Source of the DNA: an uncultured Desulfobacteraceae bacterium
GTDB lineage: Bacteria; Desulfobacterota; Desulfobacteria; Desulfobacterales; Desulfosalsimonadaceae
Direction: 5' to 3'
Assembly (NCBI GenBank): GCA_964451355.1
Contig: CAYVIE010000034.1
Location: 1-22,868 of the forward strand
Length of the DNA: 22,868 bases
Shown: positions 18,037 through 22,868 of the stretch, piece after piece
How the letters are laid out: each line of letters begins with the position of its first letter
Numbering within the stretch: position 1 is the first letter of the stretch
Translations under genes and position numbers: made by a program
Notes under the pieces: model-generated
What the model was told of the DNA's origin: nothing
The model's input: only the letters and a program-made list of their open reading frames with translations
The model's database searches: none

Positions 18037-19914
18037 TCAATAACTGCCGAGGATCTTGAAATATTCGGTGTTCTTTTTCAGTTCATCGATGACCGGGGCG
18101 AATTCCCTGGAGGTCACATCCCCCTCGAGGTCGACATAAAACATGTATTCCCATGGTTTGCCGTGGATGGGCCTGGATTCCAGTTTCACCAGGTTTATGC
18201 CGTGCTTCGCAAATATCTGAAGCGTCGCAAAAAGCGCGCCCGGCCGGTTTCCGGTAGAGTATATCAATGAGGATTTTCGTTTCGTACAATCTTCTATTGG
18301 TTCTGTACCTATAACAACGAATCGGGTATAATTTCTGGGATTTGTCTCTATGCTGGCCTCTATGATCTGCATACCGTGGATATCGGCCGCATCTTTTCCA
18401 GCAATAGCTGCTGCTGATTTATCACCTGCCTCCTTTACATGCAATACCGCCCTTGCTGTATCCGGCATGAAATGGAGCTCCCATTCACTATGAGAGTCTA
18501 GAAATCTCCTGCACTGGGAAAAAACCTGCGGATGCGAGTAAACATGGCGGATATCGCCGACCTTGGCACCCGGCAGGCCGATGAGATTATGCTCCACCCT
18601 CAAAAGTATTTCACCCACAATCTTGAGATCGAATTCGAGCAGGAGATCATAGTTTTCGTGGACGCTCCCTGCAAGCGAGTTCTCCAAGGGGACAATGCCG
18701 AAATCCACCGCTCCGCCAGCCACAGCATCAAACAGATCCCTGAACGTCTCCACCGGGTAAGGCTCGACCTGATCACCGAAAAACTGGCGGCACGCCTTGT
18801 AACTGAAACTTCCAACCTCGCCGAGGAAAGCGGCCTGGCGCGCCTTGCCTCCCGCCGCTTTCGCCATCTTACCCACAGCCTTTGCTTTATCTAAGTATCC
18901 GAAATCGAGCTGCTTTTCCACGACAGGGGCGATCACGTAAATATCGCGCATCAGCCGGCCGAACTGCTCGGGATAAAGGCTTTGGGCCCCGTCTGACAAG
19001 GCGTGATCCGGGTCGTGATGCACTTCGATCATGAGGCCGTCCGCACCTGCGGCTACAGCAGCTCTTGCCATCGGACTGACCTTTTCCCTGATGCCTGTTG
19101 CATGACTTGGGTCAATGATCACCGGCAAATGAGTAAGATTCTTGATAACAGGAATCGCGGACAGATCGAGTGTGTTTCTTGTATATGGTTCAAAGGTCCG
19201 GATGCCGCGTTCACACAGAATCACCTGGTCGTTGCCCTCGGATAGTATGTATTCAGCGGACATGAGCCATTCCTCGATGGTGGCGGACAGGCCGCGCTTG
19301 AGTATCACCGGTTTTCCGAGCCGGCCCACGCACTTTAGAAGCTCGAAGTTCTGCATGTTGCGCGCGCCGACCTGGAGGATATCGACATATTTCATGACGA
19401 GATCGGCCTGGGACGGTGACGTTATCTCTGTAACAACGGGCATGCCATAAGTTTCCCTGACCTCGGCCAGTAGCTTGAGGCCCTCTTCCCCAAGACCCTG
19501 GAAGGAATATGGAGATGTCCTGGGCTTGAAAGCCCCTCCCCTGAAAATGACGGCACCGTAACGCCTCACCTCCCTTGCTATAGCCATGACCTGTTCGCGG
19601 TTTTCAACTGCGCAAGGGCCGGCGATCACAACCAACCTGTCACCCCCCACGACCACGTCACCCACATTCACCCTGGTTCCATCGGGATGCATCTGCCTGC
19701 TGGCCAGCTTGTAGGCGGTTTTCAAAGGGACGATCTTTGCAACCCCAGGAAGTGAAGCAAAAAATGATTCAGGCTTTCCAGCATTACTTGTTGTCCCTAT
19801 CACATGCTGCCCGGCATCATATAACTCCCTGAATATGCACCCTGCCTCCCTCAGAATTGACAGGATCTTGTTTTTCTGCTGAGGGGTTGCGTCCGGTTCC
19901 AATACGATCAACAT
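18037..19914 (-). CDS. Bifunctional DAHP synthase (Thermotoga-type, N-terminal regulatory domain) fused to prephenate dehydratase with C-terminal ACT domain
   Basis: N-domain [13 protein letters not shown]; [48 protein letters not shown]; after about residue 355 [47 protein letters not shown]; [39 protein letters not shown]. Confidence 0.95.
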   Translation of the reverse strand: MLIVLEPDATPQQKNKILSILREAGCIFRELYDAGQHVIGTTSNAGKPESFFASLPGVAKIVPLKTAYKLASRQMHPDGTRVNVGDVVVGGDRLVVIAGPCAVENREQVMAIAREVRRYGAVIFRGGAFKPRTSPYSFQGLGEEGLKLLAEVRETYGMPVVTEITSPSQADLVMKYVDILQVGARNMQNFELLKCVGRLGKPVILKRGLSATIEEWLMSAEYILSEGNDQVILCERGIRTFEPYTRNTLDLSAIPVIKNLTHLPVIIDPSHATGIREKVSPMARAAVAAGADGLMIEVHHDPDHALSDGAQSLYPEQFGRLMRDIYVIAPVVEKQLDFGYLDKAKAVGKMAKAAGGKARQAAFLGEVGSFSYKACRQFFGDQVEPYPVETFRDLFDAVAGGAVDFGIVPLENSLAGSVHENYDLLLEFDLKIVGEILLRVEHNLIGLPGAKVGDIRHVYSHPQVFSQCRRFLDSHSEWELHFMPDTARAVLHVKEAGDKSAAAIAGKDAADIHGMQIIEASIETNPRNYTRFVVIGTEPIEDCTKRKSSLIYSTGNRPGALFATLQIFAKHGINLVKLESRPIHGKPWEYMFYVDLEGDVTSREFAPVIDELKKNTEYFKILGSY

Positions 19915-19960
19915 GGCCTTCTCCTTTGATTCGTTTTCTTTTTTTTAACGACTACAGCAC

Positions 19961-20079
19961 AAACAAAAAAACCCCGGGTCCCCGGGGCCTTAAAAAAAGA
20001 AACCCCGGGAGACCTTTTTCTGTCCACCCGGGGTTATTCTTTGTCAGAAAATTTGCGGGAACTACGCCACCGGATGGAC
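19961..20079 (-). promoter_or_regulatory. Phe-responsive transcription attenuator with tandem intrinsic terminators upstream of the DAHPS-PheA gene
   Basis: Minus strand: seg0 GTCCATCCGG 20079-20070; seg1 AACCCCGGGTGGAC 20035-20022; seg2 CCCGGGGTT 20009-20001 then TCTTTTTTT; seg3 CCCCGGG 19987-19981; seg4 CCCGGGG 19978-19972 then T7. Mutually exclusive pairs 0:1, 1:2, 2:3, 3:4. Confidence 0.85.
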
Positions 20080-20142
20080 GCCCCTAAAAAAGAAGCGCCC
20101 AAAAAACCAGAAAAAACCGGTCCGGTGATCAATTATATTCAT
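20062..20142 (-). CDS. Phe-rich leader peptide MNIIDHRTGFFWFFGRFFFRGVHPVA
   Basis: 27 codons including TAG (20064-20062); 7 Phe codons plus Trp between residues 10 and 19; RBS-like AAAGGA at 20155-20150, 7 nt from the ATG; absent from the supplied ORF track. Confidence 0.88.
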   Translation of the reverse strand: MNIIDHRTGFFWFFGRFFFRGVHPVA

Positions 20143-20187
20143 TCGCCATTCCTTTGGTAATAAATATCTCAGCAATAAGCAGCAAGA

Positions 20188-20213
20188 TATTTTGGTATTC
20201 TATTTTGGTATTC
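20188..20213. repeat. Perfect tandem duplication of TATTTTGGTATTC
   Basis: 20188-20200 and 20201-20213 identical; upstream of the leader peptide. Confidence 0.8.
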
Positions 20214-20519
20214 TATATCGATTCTTCAAATACTTTATTAAGCCAGATATTGCTTATTTCCAGATTTATTTGTTTACATAAGACTAGGCCTTTGTCAAGT
20301 CGGATTCTAAAAAAATCATATTGTCTGGCGGCAACCGCCCTTATCAGGCGGCTAAATCATCTGCGATCCCGCCGCCTGTCAAGGTATCAACCGGCTTAGT
20401 GCGGAAGCAAGCATTTTGCTCTACTTGCATTATGAATTCTTTTGCGTTAGCAATGATATATTCCTGCTGAAATGATTGGGGAAACAGGTCTAAAAAAATT
20501 CTTTCAGGGGGTTTTCCGC

Positions 20520-21308
20520 ATGAAAAACAAGTTGATATCAGTAGCTTGGTTTGCTTTTGTCGGAACGACTTCTGTCTTGTTTTTTCTTATCGCCCTGCTC
20601 ATCAGGGTAACGACATGGCCGTTTGATCCCAGGCTGGTCATTTTACAGCAATTTACATGTTTCTGGGCGTCACTCTATACCTGGATAGTACCTGCATGGA
20701 AAATCAGAATCGAAGGAAAAGAAAAGTACAGGCGTGATGCGACCTATGTCATTGTGTCGAATCATCAGTCGCTTCTCGACATACTCGTTCTTTTCAATCT
20801 CTTTTTTCATTACAAGATAGTTTCAAAAATCGAAATCTTCAAGGTACCCCTCATCGGATGGAACATGACTCTGAACCACTATATAAAACTGATCAGGGGC
20901 GACAAGCAGAGCATAAAACAGATGATGAAAGACTGCATGGAGGCCCTTGCCCAGGGGAACTCGATCTTGATTTTTCCTGAAGGAACAAGGTCAAAAGACG
21001 GCCGGATCAAGAAGTTCAAACCAGGCGCTTTTATTCTTGCAAAAGATATGAAAGTCCCCATCCTGCCCATAGTAATCTCCGGCACAAACAAAGCCTTGCC
21101 AAAACACAGCCTTCAGTTCCAGGGATCCCATGAAATAAAGGTAAAAATCCTGGACGAAATCCCTTATGAAAAATTCAGGGACCTGTCAGTGGACGAGACT
21201 TCTGAAATGGTCAGGTCGATAATGATCAAAACCTTGGCCGAGCTAGATCCTGAACTTTATTCGAATCAAAACGACGAGCCGGACAAAGAAAAAGAGGCCG
21301 CAGCATAA
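20520..21308 (+). CDS. plsC: 1-acyl-sn-glycerol-3-phosphate acyltransferase
   Basis: VSNHQSLLDILVLF (NHxxxxD) and FPEGTRSKDGRIKKFKPGAF; start at MKNKLISVAW (20520) is likelier than 20472. Confidence 0.9.
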   Translation: MKNKLISVAWFAFVGTTSVLFFLIALLIRVTTWPFDPRLVILQQFTCFWASLYTWIVPAWKIRIEGKEKYRRDATYVIVSNHQSLLDILVLFNLFFHYKIVSKIEIFKVPLIGWNMTLNHYIKLIRGDKQSIKQMMKDCMEALAQGNSILIFPEGTRSKDGRIKKFKPGAFILAKDMKVPILPIVISGTNKALPKHSLQFQGSHEIKVKILDEIPYEKFRDLSVDETSEMVRSIMIKTLAELDPELYSNQNDEPDKEKEAAA

Positions 21309-21321
21309 ACAAGCTGCGGCC
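21296..21321. other. Hairpin spanning the plsC stop codon between convergent genes
   Basis: GGCCGCAGC (21296-21304) pairs 9/9 with GCTGCGGCC (21313-21321), loop ataaacaa. Confidence 0.6.
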
Positions 21322-21335
21322 CTTGGCCGGCCTGT

Positions 21336-21539
21336 CTATATCTCCAGCTGCTTCAACTCGCCTGCATCCACTCCGTATAATCCGGCGAGTCTTTCTATCT
21401 GCCCGGGGGTCGGAACCCTTATCCCCTTTTCAAGTTCAGAATAACGCGACTGAGGAATACCAACCTTTTTGGCCACATCCTTGGTGCTAAGACTCTTTGC
21501 TGTCCTAAGTTCCCTTAATCTTTCACCGAAACGAACCAT
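21336..21539 (-). CDS. Small XRE-family helix-turn-helix protein
   Basis: 67 aa: FGERLRELRTAKSLSTKDVAKKVGIPQSRYSELEKGIRVPTPGQIERLAGLYGV. Confidence 0.88.
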   Translation of the reverse strand: MVRFGERLRELRTAKSLSTKDVAKKVGIPQSRYSELEKGIRVPTPGQIERLAGLYGVDAGELKQLEI

Positions 21540-21717
21540 GTTCCATGCCTCCAGTCTTTATCGAAATCAGCGTCAACTCTTTATAACCAACCTGAAAATC
21601 AGAGATGCCAATATATCAATACGATGATTTTTGCAATCTAGCAAAAATAAACCTCGCAGCCGACAGCACCCCTTGCCTGCTGCATGGCGAAACCTGCCGC
21701 AGCCAAAAGGCATCGAT

Positions 21718-22524
21718 TCAAAGCATGCGATTCAATCTTCCTGTCTGGTAACCTTCCAGATCGAGGGTGACAAAGAGAAAGCCAAGTTCGCGTATCTTTT
21801 GAACTACCATCATTCTTGTGGATTCATTCATTATGTCATTAAATCGATCCCGGGATATCTCGATTTTGGCTGTTTCCCCGAAGTGACGCACCCTGCAAAC
21901 ATGAAATCCCAGCTCGTGAAGATAATCTTCAGCCATGGCGACCTGTTGCAGTCTCGTGGGTGAGATGATTGTACCGTATGGTATCCGAGACGCAAGGCAT
22001 GCGTCGGACGGTCTGTCCCAGAACGGATATCCCATGCGTCTTGATAGTTCCCTTATATCATTTTTACAAAAACCTGCGTCTGCAAGAGGAGCGCTGACAC
22101 CAAGCTCCTGTGCCGCCAGTATCCCCGGCCTGTAATCACTTGTATCATCGAGGTTTACAGCATGGACAAGCCGCATGAAACCGGCCTTGCGCACGGCATC
22201 AATCAGGGCGGAAAAAACTATTTTCTTGCAGTGATAACACCTCGTGGAACTATTTTCAGCGAACCTTTCGTCAGAAAGTGGATCGACCTCAACCACCACA
22301 TGGGAAACACCTAATAATTCCGCTGTCCTGCAGGCATACTCGGTTTCAGAGGATTTGAATATCGCTCCTGATGCTGTGACTGCCAGCACATTACCTTTCA
22401 GGGCCTCATTGACGGCGGCAAGGAGAAAAGAACTGTCCGTGCCCCCGGAAAAAGCAACTGCACAAGGTCCGTCTCTACGCAACCTGTCATGGAGAGTATT
22501 ATATTTCTTCAATAGCGGATCCAT
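21718..22524 (-). CDS. larE: ATP-dependent sacrificial sulfur transferase LarE
   Basis: PP-loop SGGTDSSFLL, STRCYHCKK, WDRPSDACLASRIPYG with candidate sacrificial Cys, EDYLHELGFHVCRVRHFGETAKIE. Confidence 0.88.
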   Translation of the reverse strand: MDPLLKKYNTLHDRLRRDGPCAVAFSGGTDSSFLLAAVNEALKGNVLAVTASGAIFKSSETEYACRTAELLGVSHVVVEVDPLSDERFAENSSTRCYHCKKIVFSALIDAVRKAGFMRLVHAVNLDDTSDYRPGILAAQELGVSAPLADAGFCKNDIRELSRRMGYPFWDRPSDACLASRIPYGTIISPTRLQQVAMAEDYLHELGFHVCRVRHFGETAKIEISRDRFNDIMNESTRMMVVQKIRELGFLFVTLDLEGYQTGRLNRML

Positions 22525-22787
22525 AATTATAACATTACTTGACCATTGTTGATGGACTTTACCGTGAAAACACCTCAGAGGCCGGGGAGAAATAAAGACC
22601 TCTTTTCATGCCCGGGGGCGATTGCCACTAATCATGAAAGTTTACGAGTCCATCATTGTTATTGATATTTACAACCACAAAACCGATTCATCTATATTCA
22701 TACTCAGCCAGAAAAAACGGCTTATCCAGCCCTGCCCCGCCGATTAAAACTGATTCAAATATTTCCATCCACCTCATTATTGATATA

Positions 22788-22868
22788 CTCGTAAAAAATC
22801 GAAATTTTGATACTAAGAAAAAGATTCAACCCTATCAAAAATTCATGCGACGGCTTCGTAAAAAGCTC
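22788..22868 (-). repeat. Palindromic intergenic repeat, copy 2, inverted and cut by the window end
   Basis: Reverse complement matches 10582-10662 at 79/81. Confidence 0.85.

Noticed and set aside
18532-19450. Plus-strand ORFs opposite the DAHPS-PDT gene
   Set aside because: Antisense shadow ORFs; the minus strand encodes a fully recognisable enzyme.
19857-20087. ORF 19857..20087(+)
   Set aside because: Antisense to the attenuator and aro-phe gene start; composition is explained by poly-T/A tracts and CCCGGG arms.
20345-20378. CAGGCGGC...GCCGCCTG inverted repeat as a terminator
   Set aside because: 8-bp perfect arms but an 18-nt loop and no T-tract; role not supportable.
21627-21648. ATTTTTGC-N6-GCAAAAAT inverted repeat upstream of the HTH gene
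   Set aside because: Could be an operator, but it is AT-rich and short with no second instance; not enough to assert.
21631-21963. ORF 21631..21963(+)
   Set aside because: Mostly antisense to larE, with no convincing domain or RBS.

Overview
The window reads as Desulfobacterota-like chromosome (family-level impression only). Left to right it holds: a Zn/Mn-type ABC transporter (znuA, partial at the 5' edge, then znuC and znuB); a lipoprotein-type YidD; a fused acyl-CoA mutase (icmF) with a thiolase; a minus-strand pair of SMP-30-like lipoprotein and PAS/AAA+/Fis sigma-54 activator; a large intergenic region with a palindromic repeat and a good sigma-54 promoter; and a plus-strand cluster of porin, YeeE/YedE transporter, TusA, DsrE-like protein, mini-TusB/DsrH-like protein, second DsrE-like protein, monohaem cytochrome c, membrane-anchored octahaem cytochrome c (tetrathionate-reductase family) and cytochrome b. 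The right side has a minus-strand DAHP synthase-prephenate dehydratase fusion, plsC, a small HTH protein and larE. The two best leads are: (1) an unannotated Phe-rich leader peptide (MNIIDHRTGFFWFFGRFFFRGVHPVA*) at 20142-20062, followed by a five-segment, two-terminator transcription attenuator upstream of the DAHPS-PheA fusion; and (2) a probable sigma-54-controlled sulfur-compound electron-transport module at 10783-17950, pairing an octahaem cytochrome and cytochrome b with cytoplasmic sulfur-relay proteins and a thiosulfate-type transporter. All calls come from reading the sequence; no database search or folding program was run.
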